Shown here: positions 46,807 through 55,963 of the stretch, in pieces
Layout: each line of letters opens with the position of its first letter
How positions within the stretch are numbered: position 1 is the first letter of the stretch
Origin: an uncultured Pseudomonadales bacterium
GTDB taxonomy: Bacteria; Patescibacteriota; Microgenomatia; UBA1400; Chazhemtobacteraceae
Reading direction: 5' to 3'
Assembly (NCBI GenBank): GCA_964422035.1
Contig: CAYQZQ010000001.1
Span: 587,786 to 651,785 of the forward strand
Length of the DNA: 64,000 bases
Made by a program: the position numbers and the translations under genes
Notes under the pieces: model-generated
Told to the model about the DNA's origin: nothing
Seen by the model: only the letters and a program-made list of their open reading frames with translations
Database searches by the model: none

Positions 46807-47526
46807 TTATTTTTCTTCCGGCTTTTCTTCTACTTCTTCACCTTCAGGAGTTTCGCCTTCTTGCTCCTCTTCACCTTCAGGAGTTTCGCCTTCTTCGCCC
46901 TCTGGTACTTCACCTTCTTCAAGTTCTTCCTCTGCTGGAGGAGGAGCGATTTCTTCTTCTTCTCGAGGCTCTTGAGCCTGAACAGCTTCCATCTCCTTAT
47001 CTATTTGAAGATTTATTTTTTCTCTATCTATGTCGAAGTCTTCAGTTGAAAGAGAGTCGCCGATGTCTTGGAGAGAGGAGATGTCAAGTTCTAATTTATC
47101 GGGTAGGTCTGTAGGTAAGGCTTGTACATCGAGTTGATCGAGAAGTTTGACGATAACAGCACCTTTTTCTTGGGCGGGAGCTTCACCTTTAAGAACAACA
47201 GGGACAGTAGCAATAACTTTTTCTTTAAGATCGATTTGTCGAAAGTCAACATGAATTGGATTTCCGGAAACAGGATGAAATTGAACCTGGCTAATTAAAA
47301 CTGGTCGCTCTTTGTCTTCCCCTTTTATCTCAAGGCTTAAGACAGAAGTCTCTCCTATTTTATCGTAGAGTTGTTCGAAGTCGACTTGGGAGAGCTTTAC
47401 AGCTTGGGAGTCAACGTCTTTTCCGTAGATGTTGGCGGGCAAGATGTCTTCTCTTCGAAGTTGTTTAACTTTGCGACCTTTAAGATCTCTTTTTTCTGCT
47501 TTTAGTTTTGATTGTTTTTTAGCCAT
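46807..47526 (-). CDS. rplY: 50S ribosomal protein L25/general stress protein Ctc, with Glu-rich C-terminal extension
   Basis: 'AEKRDLKGRKVKQLRREDILPANIYGKDVDSQAVKL...PVLISQVQFHPVSGNPIHVDFRQIDLKEKV' is the L25/Ctc fold. The tail is (GEEGETPEGEE)n, encoded by a 27-nt direct repeat at about 46835-46900. Confidence 0.8.
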   Translation of the reverse strand: MAKKQSKLKAEKRDLKGRKVKQLRREDILPANIYGKDVDSQAVKLSQVDFEQLYDKIGETSVLSLEIKGEDKERPVLISQVQFHPVSGNPIHVDFRQIDLKEKVIATVPVVLKGEAPAQEKGAVIVKLLDQLDVQALPTDLPDKLELDISSLQDIGDSLSTEDFDIDREKINLQIDKEMEAVQAQEPREEEEIAPPPAEEELEEGEVPEGEEGETPEGEEEQEGETPEGEEVEEKPEEK

Positions 47527-47602
47527 GAATGATTTTAAGTGTTAACCGACTGGTAGTGATTTTAGCACAAGTTGGGCTTTAGAGAAAATTTGGTGGCTAT
47601 TT

Positions 47603-50449
47603 TTAGTCCTGAGAGAGGCGGTTAAATTGAACTGCGTATAAAGTATCAGCTTCTAAAGGATTTGAGAAAACAAGTGATTGAGGTTCGGTGCGGGCAGGAA
47701 TGGTGATTTTTTCAGGTGATAGTTGAGATGGGTAGTTGATGGTGACGGATGTTGGTAGTGAGCCGGTACCAGATTGTTTTTGCCAGTTGATTGAGAGACT
47801 GGAGGTTGGACTGAAGGTGTTTAGTATCTGCTGGGAACGGATAGCGAGATCAAGTTGGCCGGTTTGTTGGGAAGGGATGGTGTAGTAAAAGGAGATTATT
47901 TTAAGATTTAAAAAGGGGTCGATGGTGGTGTCTTGAGGCTGGATCGGTTGATTGTTCAGTTGGCTAGAGATTAGTTGAGAGTTGGGAGGAAGATAAAAGC
48001 GGGTATACGTTTTATATGTTCCAGACGAGGGAGTGTCTTGGAGAGCGTTGTTTTGGTAAATAACTGATATCTGGTGGTCGAGCTGGCCTTGAGGTTGAAT
48101 ATCTATTGTGTGAAAGAGGCGGCGTGAGAGATAGTAGTTGGCTTTATTAACACCCAGGTTTGCCTCGATGAGAGAAAAAGTTAATGAGGTGCAGTAAGTT
48201 TGATTAAACATAGCAGGGCAGTCTTGTTTGGCTAGAGAACCTGACCAGTTATTTTTTTCAATAATGGGTTGAGCTTGAGGTGAATTGAGAGAAATGGTTA
48301 TTTCCTGTTTTTTAAGAGACTGATCAAGAGCTCTTACGAAGGCTACAAAATCTAGCTGGCCAGAGGTGATTTTTTGTAGAATTTTTTCAGTTAAAGGAGT
48401 AATTAGTTGGGGTGAGGAGTTGGGTTGATTAGCTAGTTGAGAGTGTTTGTTTATTTGTTGAAATAGATTCTGGGCGTCGATTGTTGTTTGGGGTTGGCTG
48501 AGAGTAATGGGGCCAGTGGACTGAAGGATGCTCTGAAGGGAGTAAAGATTTAAGCCAATTGTGCCTGAAATACTTTTATTAAGCTCTTTTTGAGCAAACC
48601 ATTGAGCTTGTTCTGCGGCGATGGGAAAATGAGGGCTCCAGTTTGAATCTCTTAAGTACCAGCTGTCTTCTGCAAGGTATTGCTGCAGAGGAGCGGGAGC
48701 TTCTACTACCCCGTCAAGTTGGGCGTCTGCTTGATAAACAGGCATTGTTTTTGTTTGGGTAAGATGACCGTTTTGAAAGGTTAACAGACTGATACTGCTG
48801 ATAAAACCACCAGTGGGGCGCAGCTCCTGGTTGTTTTGAAGAAGAACTAGATAGGTTTGGGGTGTATTAGTGTCAATAAGTTGAGGCAAAATTTCAATGG
48901 CGGCTATCCCCAACTGTAATCTTTGTCTTAAGTCTGGAATTTTTGATTTTATATCTTTGAGTTGATGGATGTATTTGAGTCGGGATTGAATGTTTAACTT
49001 GTTGAGACTAGATTGAAGCAGTGATAGTTGGCTGTAGAGATAGTCAAGATCTGTTTTTAAGCCAGTATTGATTTGTTCAAAGTTTTGAGACTGAGGGTTG
49101 ATGATTGTTTGATAGAGTTTTTGACCTTTTTGAGCTGAGTGAGAGGTAGTTTCAAGAACGGTAGTTAGGCGCAGGCCGACGTCAAAATACTGGTCGTATT
49201 TGTTGATTTTTTGATCTACGGATGGAAGGGGGTTAATTTGACTGACTAAGCCCAGGAATTGTCGGGCTTTGTTGAGTTTGCGGGTAGACTTTTGAGAAAG
49301 CTTTATGCTTTGCTCAAATTGGACGGAACGTAGATTATCAAGGGAGGCCTGCAATGAGTTAACAGCTTGGTAACTGAGAGAGACAAAATATATTAAAGGC
49401 GAGAGAGCAATTACGGTGATGAGGGTTGCTTTGGTTAAAACCCTGGATAATTTTTTTAGTTTGGTTTTTAACTTGTTTTTTTTAGATGGTTTATCAGTTG
49501 TGTTTTTTTTCAGAGGTGAAAGCTGAGGAGAAGGAGTTGGTTGTCTTTGGGTAGTCCCCTTCTTTTTATGGGCAGATGAGGGAGTTGGTTGCTGTGGCTG
49601 TGGTTGGTTTTTAGACAAAAACTGAAAAGTTTGCCTTAGAGAGACGTTAAGATCAGTTTCTGGTTGCCAATTTAGTTGGGCCTGGGTATGAGCAATAAGT
49701 TCTTGGCTGGGTAGTTTTAGGTCTTTGGCGTTTTGAGTCAAGTCAAGATCTGGGTGGAATTTTAAATATTCATCAGAGGGGTCTTCTAGCGATAAAGCAA
49801 AATCTGTTAAAGTAACTGGTTCAAGAGGACTAATAGAAAATATTTTTTGGTCTGTCTGAGGAGAGAAAGTGGCTTTTGTTAAACCTGAGACAGCGTCTTT
49901 AACGTATAGAGGTAAGAGTTTTGTTTGGGGATGGGCCGGGAGAGTTAGAGATTTTTGTTGCCAGAGATGGGTGAATATTTTTTCAGTAAAACCAGAGTCG
50001 GTGGTGAGCATGTAAGGGCCATATATGTGATCAAGTAAAATGCTTCTGTAGTTTGTGGAGGGGGAAAGTTGTGATTGAAGATCGTGGAGGAGGGCGTCTT
50101 TTTGGGAGAAACGTCCGACAAAGGTGAGTTTAGAGGAGGTAGAGGTAAGCAGAGGTAAAAACTTGGTTAGGTTAAAGCGAGAGTCAAATGGATAGAGAAA
50201 GAATGTGTAGTCAGCGGATTTCCAGTCGGCTTGCGAAGGGGTAGATGAGAGGGTTTTTTGTTGAATACTTTTGTCCGGGGAGGAGAAGGTGGGAAGGCTG
50301 GGTGGCAGATGGTACCAGGTAACTTGAATGTTGTGCTGGGCCAGGATGAAGGCAAGATGGTAAGCAAGGAGGTTGTGAGGAGAAAAAATTAAAGCCCGGT
50401 TAAGTTCCTGGTCGATGTTTGCATGGTAAGGCAGGTTGGATTGGGGCAT
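47603..50449 (-). CDS. Large DUF4012-like envelope protein (cytoplasmic degenerate Rossmann-like N-domain, one TM, extracellular domain of about 600 aa)
   Basis: 948 aa. TM 'LITVIALSPLIYFVSLSY'. The extracellular part contains 'LVLLQNNQELRPTGGFISSISLLTFQNG', resembling the DUF4012 signature. A Pro/Thr/Lys-rich linker sits before the TM. Confidence 0.5.
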   Translation of the reverse strand: MPQSNLPYHANIDQELNRALIFSPHNLLAYHLAFILAQHNIQVTWYHLPPSLPTFSSPDKSIQQKTLSSTPSQADWKSADYTFFLYPFDSRFNLTKFLPLLTSTSSKLTFVGRFSQKDALLHDLQSQLSPSTNYRSILLDHIYGPYMLTTDSGFTEKIFTHLWQQKSLTLPAHPQTKLLPLYVKDAVSGLTKATFSPQTDQKIFSISPLEPVTLTDFALSLEDPSDEYLKFHPDLDLTQNAKDLKLPSQELIAHTQAQLNWQPETDLNVSLRQTFQFLSKNQPQPQQPTPSSAHKKKGTTQRQPTPSPQLSPLKKNTTDKPSKKNKLKTKLKKLSRVLTKATLITVIALSPLIYFVSLSYQAVNSLQASLDNLRSVQFEQSIKLSQKSTRKLNKARQFLGLVSQINPLPSVDQKINKYDQYFDVGLRLTTVLETTSHSAQKGQKLYQTIINPQSQNFEQINTGLKTDLDYLYSQLSLLQSSLNKLNIQSRLKYIHQLKDIKSKIPDLRQRLQLGIAAIEILPQLIDTNTPQTYLVLLQNNQELRPTGGFISSISLLTFQNGHLTQTKTMPVYQADAQLDGVVEAPAPLQQYLAEDSWYLRDSNWSPHFPIAAEQAQWFAQKELNKSISGTIGLNLYSLQSILQSTGPITLSQPQTTIDAQNLFQQINKHSQLANQPNSSPQLITPLTEKILQKITSGQLDFVAFVRALDQSLKKQEITISLNSPQAQPIIEKNNWSGSLAKQDCPAMFNQTYCTSLTFSLIEANLGVNKANYYLSRRLFHTIDIQPQGQLDHQISVIYQNNALQDTPSSGTYKTYTRFYLPPNSQLISSQLNNQPIQPQDTTIDPFLNLKIISFYYTIPSQQTGQLDLAIRSQQILNTFSPTSSLSINWQKQSGTGSLPTSVTINYPSQLSPEKITIPARTEPQSLVFSNPLEADTLYAVQFNRLSQD

Positions 50450-50721
50450 AGATTAAGTATAGAACAAGGATTTTATTTGAGCTAATGGTAATTTTTGTAT
50501 AGCTTATAGAAAATTGTAAGTTTTGGAGTAATTGAATAATGACTAATTTATTTGTTTATTTTAGGTTGAAGTTATTCTGTACTTTGTGGCTAGTGAATTG
50601 TGATTTTTGTTCTTACGTGGGACATGTGAAAATTGGGGGTAAAAAAAATTTCGATTATCCACAGTCGGGCACGGTATAATTTATCCTAGAATTATTTTGC
50701 GGGGATTAAATAAAAAAAGAG

Positions 50722-51141
50722 TTATTGGCGAAGATCTAGTTCGTTGTTTAAAAGTTCGTCAGCGCGGTGGTTTTTGTCTCTGAGAACATGGCGGAAGTTG
50801 ACAATTAGATTGAGATTGTTGATGTTTTCTTTAGTCTGGGCGGCAAGTTCTTGAAGATGAACATTTTTGATTTTGTATTGGCCGGTTAGTTGTTTAACTA
50901 CCAACTCGGAGTCAAGAACAAATTCAACGGTTTGAAACTGAGAAAACAATTGAGGGTTTCTTTTGATGAATCTTAGTGAGTTAAGAACGGCTTGGTATTC
51001 AGCTTGGTTATTGGTGGCTTCTCCTAGATACCAGCTTGATTGGGCAACAACTTGTTTATCTGTTTGAAAGACAGCAGCGCAAGCAGCTGGGCCGGGGTTG
51101 CCCCGCGATCCTCCGTCAGTGTAAATAGTTAGTTTGCTCAT
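50722..51141 (-). CDS. rnhA: Ribonuclease HI
   Basis: 'LTIYTDGGSRGNPGPAACAAV' (D-G-S-NPG motif), 'EATNNQAEYQAVLNSLRF' and 'DSELVVKQL'. 139 aa. Confidence 0.85.
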   Translation of the reverse strand: MSKLTIYTDGGSRGNPGPAACAAVFQTDKQVVAQSSWYLGEATNNQAEYQAVLNSLRFIKRNPQLFSQFQTVEFVLDSELVVKQLTGQYKIKNVHLQELAAQTKENINNLNLIVNFRHVLRDKNHRADELLNNELDLRQ

Positions 51142-51151
51142 AAGAAGTATT

Positions 51152-52405
51152 TTATACTAAGTTTGGTCGGTTTTTGAGAGTAATTAGAAGTGAGATGGTA
51201 AGAGCAAGCAGAAGGCGATTTTGAGGAAGAGTTAGCCAGTAGTGGTCAAGCAGGCCGGTGAGAATTATCAGGGCGATAATAAGTTGTGATTGGAAGGAAA
51301 GCTTAAAGTAGAATCGCAAGAAGTAGTAGGTTAGAGGAATAAAAATTAAAAGTCCCAGTTGAGACAACAACAGCCAAAAAAGGTTGTGGGCTGGTTGAAT
51401 TAGAGAGAAAGGAGTTTGGGGGTTTATTTTGACAAGAGCATAAAGGAAGTTGTTCAAGCCCGTACCTAACAGTGGATTGTTAATAAAAATTCGAACAGCT
51501 GAGTGATTGAGAAAGAGTCGGCTTTGTATGGCAAGTCTGGTATTTTGAAAGTTAGTAAGAGCTGGAAAGATAAAGAGTGAAGAGAAGACTAAAGAAATGG
51601 TTGGAATGAGGGTGCCGATGGTTTTTTTAGTTGAAGAAGAAAGATGAGGAGAGATAACCAATATGGGCAGGATGATTAAAGCTGTAAACAAGGAGACGCG
51701 AGAGAAAGTGAGAAACAGAGCAGGGAGAGCAATAATAAAAGATAAGTAGAGGGAGGGTTTTTTAAAGTTAAGGTGTTGGTGAAGAAGATAGATCAAGCCC
51801 AGTGATAAAAGCAGAAAACCGGCTAGAGAGTTGGGGTGGCTGAAGGTGGCGTAAGGGCGCAAAAGTAGAAAAGAAGAAGGGAAAAGAGAGTAGGGAAGAT
51901 GTTGAGCCAGATCAAGACGAGCAATGCCTGAGGTGGCAATATTGAGTTGTCGTTCACCTAAAAAATAAAGCGGGCCGTTTAATGAAGACTGGAGAATAAA
52001 CTGGGTAATGGTTAGAAGTGAGGTGAATATCAGGGTAGTAAAAAGTGTGTAATAAATTGTTTTTAATAAAGAGGGGCGGGAGATAATGGTAGAGACAAAG
52101 CTTATTAAGAGAAAAATACGCAACCAAAAAATCAGGGCGGGAAGAGGGTGGATGGCAAAAATTATGTTCAAAACAGGAAAAGCTACAATAGAGATTTTTA
52201 GAAATAAAGAAAGTTTGTCTACTTGTTGTAAAAGAGACTTCAAATTAAACAAGAAAAGTAAAACTAAAAGAATATCTGTGAAGTAAAAGACGGGAGAGAG
52301 GTAATCTATCTTAAGTCCGCTGAGATAGCTGTAGGAAGGCCAGAAATGTTTACCCAGTTGAGTGGGAGAGAAAAGAGTCAGTAATGACACTAAGACGGCA
52401 ATCAT
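51152..52405 (-). CDS. O-antigen ligase/polymerase-like (Wzy_C-type) polytopic membrane protein
   Basis: 417 aa with at least 10 TM helices and a large loop between TM helices late in the protein. There is no cytoplasmic domain. The call rests on topology alone. Confidence 0.4.
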   Translation of the reverse strand: MIAVLVSLLTLFSPTQLGKHFWPSYSYLSGLKIDYLSPVFYFTDILLVLLFLFNLKSLLQQVDKLSLFLKISIVAFPVLNIIFAIHPLPALIFWLRIFLLISFVSTIISRPSLLKTIYYTLFTTLIFTSLLTITQFILQSSLNGPLYFLGERQLNIATSGIARLDLAQHLPYSLFPSSFLLLRPYATFSHPNSLAGFLLLSLGLIYLLHQHLNFKKPSLYLSFIIALPALFLTFSRVSLFTALIILPILVISPHLSSSTKKTIGTLIPTISLVFSSLFIFPALTNFQNTRLAIQSRLFLNHSAVRIFINNPLLGTGLNNFLYALVKINPQTPFSLIQPAHNLFWLLLSQLGLLIFIPLTYYFLRFYFKLSFQSQLIIALIILTGLLDHYWLTLPQNRLLLALTISLLITLKNRPNLV

Positions 52406-52423
52406 GCTCTTAGTATAAGGGTT

Positions 52424-52882
52424 TTAGGCCGGAATGATATATAGTTGCCTGAGTGGTTCTTCTCCACGTGATTCGGTAGTAACATCTTTTCGGTTGGAGA
52501 AGTGTTGATGAATCAGGTGGCGTTGAAATGAGTTTAGGTCGGGGAGAATAATTTCTTGGCCGGTGTCTTGGGCGCGATTAGCTGCTTGCTCGGCTTGATT
52601 TAGAAGCATTTGCTTGCGTCGATCTTGATAGTCGTTGACGTTAACACGAACATGAAACCATTGGTCAAATCTTTGGTTAAGCATCAATCCTAAAATTAGC
52701 CTTAAAGAGCGAATTGTTTCACCTTGTCGGCCGATGAAGCGACCTGATTGATCTTCAGGCAAGGTCAGATGAAGATAAACCCTATCTTCTTCAAGCTCTA
52801 CCTCGATTTGGTCTTCATTGAGTCCCAAGAGTTGACAGGTGTTGGTGAGGATTTGTTGGATTTTTTGGTTGTCTTTAGTCAT
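52424..52882 (-). CDS. jag: RNA-binding protein Jag/KhpB (KH plus R3H domains)
   Basis: 'EDRVYLHLTLPEDQSGRFIGRQGETIRSLRLIL' (KH-like) and a C-terminal R3H-like region. It is in the conserved position downstream of yidC, overlapping it by 8 nt. Confidence 0.7.
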   Translation of the reverse strand: MTKDNQKIQQILTNTCQLLGLNEDQIEVELEEDRVYLHLTLPEDQSGRFIGRQGETIRSLRLILGLMLNQRFDQWFHVRVNVNDYQDRRKQMLLNQAEQAANRAQDTGQEIILPDLNSFQRHLIHQHFSNRKDVTTESRGEEPLRQLYIIPA

Positions 52883-53627
52883 TTTTGAGAAAACTTAATT
52901 TGCTTAACAATTGATTTTTTAGAGTTATTAAACCACCTGGGCCGGAAACGATAAGTTGTTGACCAAAAGAAAAGAGAGTAGTGACCACCCAATAGAGAGC
53001 CAGGCCGGAAGGAAATCTGGAGGCGATTACGACGGTCATGATGGGCATGAGATAGACCATTTGCTGTTGGATTGATTGGGCCATTTCCAAAGAGTCTTCC
53101 TCTTCTTGTTTTTTTTGTTTATCTTTAGGGTTTTCAACGTCTTGTTTTAAGCCTGATTGCATCATGAATGAGTAAAGAAGCTGAGATATACCAGCCAGAA
53201 CAGGGAGGATGTAGTAAGGGTCTGATTTGGACAGATCCAGCCAGAGGAACTTCATGTTGATAGCTACTCCGTCGGCCGTACCTTTATCAATGAAGTTTAA
53301 AAAGACTCGGTAAAGGGCAATTAGGATGATGATTTGAACTATTTGAGGGAGACAGCCACTGACAGGGCTGACGCCGTGTTCTTTATATAGATCCAGTTGG
53401 GCTTGTTGTTGCTTGGCTTTGTCTTTGTGCTTCTTTTTGATCTTGTCGAGTTGGGGTTTTAATTCCTGCATTTTTTTAGCAGAGCGAAGAGCGGGAAGAG
53501 TGATAGGGACTAAAATGGCGCGTATTAGAAGTGTTAAGGTGATGATGGCCAGAGCAATGTTGTTACCTAAGGCTTGATAGAGAAAGATTAGAACTTGTGT
53601 TATTGGCGAGGTTAGAAAATTTATCAT
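52875..53627 (-). CDS. yidC: Membrane protein insertase YidC (short Gram-positive/Oxa1-like form)
   Basis: 'ALAIITLTLLIRAILVPITLPALRSAKKMQELKPQLDKIKKKH' is the YidC TM1 plus amphipathic coiled-coil paddle. 'GCLPQIVQIIILIALYRV'. 250 aa. Confidence 0.85.
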   Translation of the reverse strand: MINFLTSPITQVLIFLYQALGNNIALAIITLTLLIRAILVPITLPALRSAKKMQELKPQLDKIKKKHKDKAKQQQAQLDLYKEHGVSPVSGCLPQIVQIIILIALYRVFLNFIDKGTADGVAINMKFLWLDLSKSDPYYILPVLAGISQLLYSFMMQSGLKQDVENPKDKQKKQEEEDSLEMAQSIQQQMVYLMPIMTVVIASRFPSGLALYWVVTTLFSFGQQLIVSGPGGLITLKNQLLSKLSFLKND

Positions 53628-53639
53628 ATTGTTTTTTAT

Positions 53640-53879
53640 TTAATTTAAATCTGGAACAGGGTCGTGACCGCCTGAAAAAAGAGGATTGCAACGCAATAAG
53701 CGTTTAGTACCCAGCACTAAGCCTGTTATTATACCGTATCTTTGGACTGCTTTTTTTGTGTATTGAGAACAGGTGGGGGTAAAACGGCAGGCATTAAGGC
53801 TGTGAGTGAAGGGAGCCATTAGAGAATGAAGGGCGGGAGAGATAAATCTTTGATAGAAGTTAATCAGGTATTTAGTCAT
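53640..53879 (-). CDS. yidD: Membrane protein insertion efficiency factor YidD
   Basis: '[10 protein letters not shown]...[46 protein letters not shown]' is the canonical YidD core. Confidence 0.85.
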   Translation of the reverse strand: MTKYLINFYQRFISPALHSLMAPFTHSLNACRFTPTCSQYTKKAVQRYGIITGLVLGTKRLLRCNPLFSGGHDPVPDLN

Positions 53880-54222
53880 GTTTTAAGTATTTATTTAGAA
53901 TGTTTTGTAGTTGTTGTTTTATTTTTTGAAAACTGGTAGAGGTGATGGACTTTTGGGGAATAATAATGATGTCTAAGCCGGTGGGTAAAGAATCTAAAAG
54001 TTGATGGGCTGAATTGAGTATCTGGCGTCTTTTTTTGTTTCTGATTACGGCTTTGTTGCTTATTTTTTTGGAAAGCAGAGTGGCAAAGCGAGTTGGCTGA
54101 TCTTTTCGATCAGAGGGGGAAGCGATAAGGATAGTAAAAAGGGGAGAGAAGAAAGATTGGGCTTGCTGTTGGGTTATCTGTCTTCTCTTTCTTAAGGGTA
54201 GGCGGTTTTTTTTAGGAAGCAT
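53872..54222 (-). CDS. rnpA: Ribonuclease P protein component
   Basis: 116 aa and basic. The N-terminus '[17 protein letters not shown]' and '[22 protein letters not shown]' (the RNR motif region) are typical. It overlaps yidD by 8 nt. Confidence 0.8.
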   Translation of the reverse strand: MLPKKNRLPLRKRRQITQQQAQSFFSPLFTILIASPSDRKDQPTRFATLLSKKISNKAVIRNKKRRQILNSAHQLLDSLPTGLDIIIIPQKSITSTSFQKIKQQLQNILNKYLKHD

Positions 54223-54230
54223 AAGGAAAT

Positions 54231-54353
54231 TTACGCGGATAGCTTTTTGCGCCCCTTGCGGCGGCGGCTTTTTATGATGGTTTTGTTACGATTGCGAAAA
54301 CCATGCTTTTTTTTTCTTTTTCTTTTGGATGGCTGGTAGGTTCTTTTTGTCAT
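54231..54353 (-). CDS. rpmH: 50S ribosomal protein L34 (missed by ORF track; 40 aa)
   Basis: Manual reverse-strand translation gives 'MTKRTYQPSKRKRKKKHGFRNRNKTIIKSRRRKGRKKLSA*'. It matches the L34 consensus (MKRTxQPSxxKRxRxHGFRxRMxTxxGRxVLxxRRxKGRKxL). It ends 9 nt before rnpA in the classic rpmH-rnpA-yidD-yidC-jag order. Confidence 0.8.
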   Translation of the reverse strand: MTKRTYQPSKRKRKKKHGFRNRNKTIIKSRRRKGRKKLSA

Positions 54354-54419
54354 AAAAGCGCTTTAATTGGCTAACGAGTAGATATTTTACCATGAATGGT
54401 TGATTAAAACGAAAAGAGA

Positions 54420-54560
54420 AGGGTGGATCAAGATATTCGGGATCAAATGTGGAAAAGAAGTTTTTGGTACTCAAAGATGGTATTTTTTAGGTAGCAAATC
54501 AGTCAAAGTCAGTGTTTTGTTTGGGGTATTTAGGGGTTTAAAATTGTGGAAAACTATTCT
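54420..54560. promoter_or_regulatory. dnaA promoter region with DnaA-box-like 9-mers
   Basis: TGTGGAAAA at 54448-54456 and at 54546-54554 (8/9 to TGTGGATAA), and GGTGGATCA at 54422-54430. These sit in the 218-bp spacer between divergent rpmH and dnaA. Confidence 0.4.
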
Positions 54561-54571
54561 ACAGTTGTCGT

Positions 54572-55963
54572 GTGGCAGCAATTGAAAAGGAAAACCTTTG
54601 GAAGTCTGTTCTGGGCGAACTGGAGGTTAGTATATCACCAGCTTTTTATAATTCTTTTATTAAACCTTGTTACATCAGCTCGATTGACAAGATTGATAAA
54701 GAGAGACTTTTAGTTGAGTTGGGGTGTATGTCGGGATTTCACCAGCAGACGATTGACCAGAGATATTATGCGCAGATAAAACAGATAATTGAAAAGCAGA
54801 CTGGGAAACAGGCTGAGTTAGCTCTGAAGGTAAAACCTAGACCATTTGAGGAAGAGGAAGTTTTGGACGAAAAAGAGGAGGCAACAAAAGAACCAGACTT
54901 GTTTGAACATCAAGAGTTTGAGGAAAAGGAGATGGAAGGGAAGGGAAGAAAGGCGGGTTTGAACTTAAGATTTTCATTTGATAATTTTGTGGTGGGAAGT
55001 TCGAATCAACTGGCTTACGCAGCAGCCAAAGGGGTGGTTGATGCGCCAGGAACAAAGCATAACCCACTATTTTTATGGGGTGGGGTTGGAGTGGGTAAGA
55101 CGCATTTAATGCATGCGGTGGGACAGGAACTATTGGGGAAAGGGTTGAATGTGCAGGCAGCAACAAGTGAGCAGTTTACAAATGAGTTGGTAACCACGAT
55201 CAGAAATAAAAACGTCGATGAGTTTAAGAAGAAGTATCGAAATTTGGATGTGTTATTGATTGATGATATTCAGTTTTTTGCAGGTAAAGAAAGTAGTCAG
55301 GAAGAATTTTTTCATACCTTCAATGAGTTATACAGTAAGGGAGCTCAGATTGTATTGACTTCTGACAGGAGACCTCAAGAAATTGAAGATGTTGAAGATA
55401 GGTTAATATCAAGATTTTTAGGAGGCTTGACTGTAGACATTAGTTTGCCAGACTGGGAGATGAGGTTGGCAATACTTAAGCAAAAATGTAATGAGTTGAA
55501 AGTTAATTATGAACCAGGAGCTTTGGATATCATTGCCACCTCGACAAACACCAACGCCAGAGAACTGGAAGGGATTTTAACGAGAATTATTAATATTGCT
55601 GAGATGGAAACAGGAGCAGTGACCAAAAATTTAGTAGAAAGAGAGATTGGGGTAGAGGCAGAGAAGAGAGCCAGAAGACTGCGTCCTCAAGAGGTTATTT
55701 CTTTGGTGGCCAAACATTTTGATTTAAAAAACAAACAATTAGTGGGTAAAAGCAGGAAATCAGAGTTAGTAAAAGCACGCCACATTACTATGTATTTACT
55801 GCGTGAGGAGATGGGAATGACTTTGCAACGCATTGCAAAACTGATTGGAGATAGAGATCACACCACAGTAATGCATGCTGTAGAAAAAATAGAAGAGGAG
55901 ATGATTGATAATCGTTTACTGCGATCTGATGTTATGGAAATGAAGCAGAAGATATACAAGTGA
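54572..55963 (+). CDS. dnaA: Chromosomal replication initiator protein DnaA
   Basis: AAA+ 'NPLFLWGGVGVGKTHLMHAVG' (Walker A) and 'LLIDDIQFF' (Walker B). C-terminal DNA-binding domain 'ELVKARHITMYLLREEMGMTLQRIAKLIGDRDHTTVMHAVEKI'. Confidence 0.9.
   Translation: MAAIEKENLWKSVLGELEVSISPAFYNSFIKPCYISSIDKIDKERLLVELGCMSGFHQQTIDQRYYAQIKQIIEKQTGKQAELALKVKPRPFEEEEVLDEKEEATKEPDLFEHQEFEEKEMEGKGRKAGLNLRFSFDNFVVGSSNQLAYAAAKGVVDAPGTKHNPLFLWGGVGVGKTHLMHAVGQELLGKGLNVQAATSEQFTNELVTTIRNKNVDEFKKKYRNLDVLLIDDIQFFAGKESSQEEFFHTFNELYSKGAQIVLTSDRRPQEIEDVEDRLISRFLGGLTVDISLPDWEMRLAILKQKCNELKVNYEPGALDIIATSTNTNARELEGILTRIINIAEMETGAVTKNLVEREIGVEAEKRARRLRPQEVISLVAKHFDLKNKQLVGKSRKSELVKARHITMYLLREEMGMTLQRIAKLIGDRDHTTVMHAVEKIEEEMIDNRLLRSDVMEMKQKIYK

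Noticed and set aside
50655-50663. Perfect DnaA box TTATCCACA upstream of rnhA, next to a TATAAT hexamer
   Set aside because: A single perfect 9-mer is expected about 0.5 times by chance in 64 kb on two strands. No clustering is seen, and the true origin context (dnaA-dnaN) lies 4 kb away. It may still be a regulatory DnaA site, but the evidence is insufficient.
54286-54474. 62 aa minus-strand ORF in the rpmH region
   Set aside because: It is in a different frame from the real rpmH (54231..54353) and partly overlaps it. Its translation has no L34 similarity.
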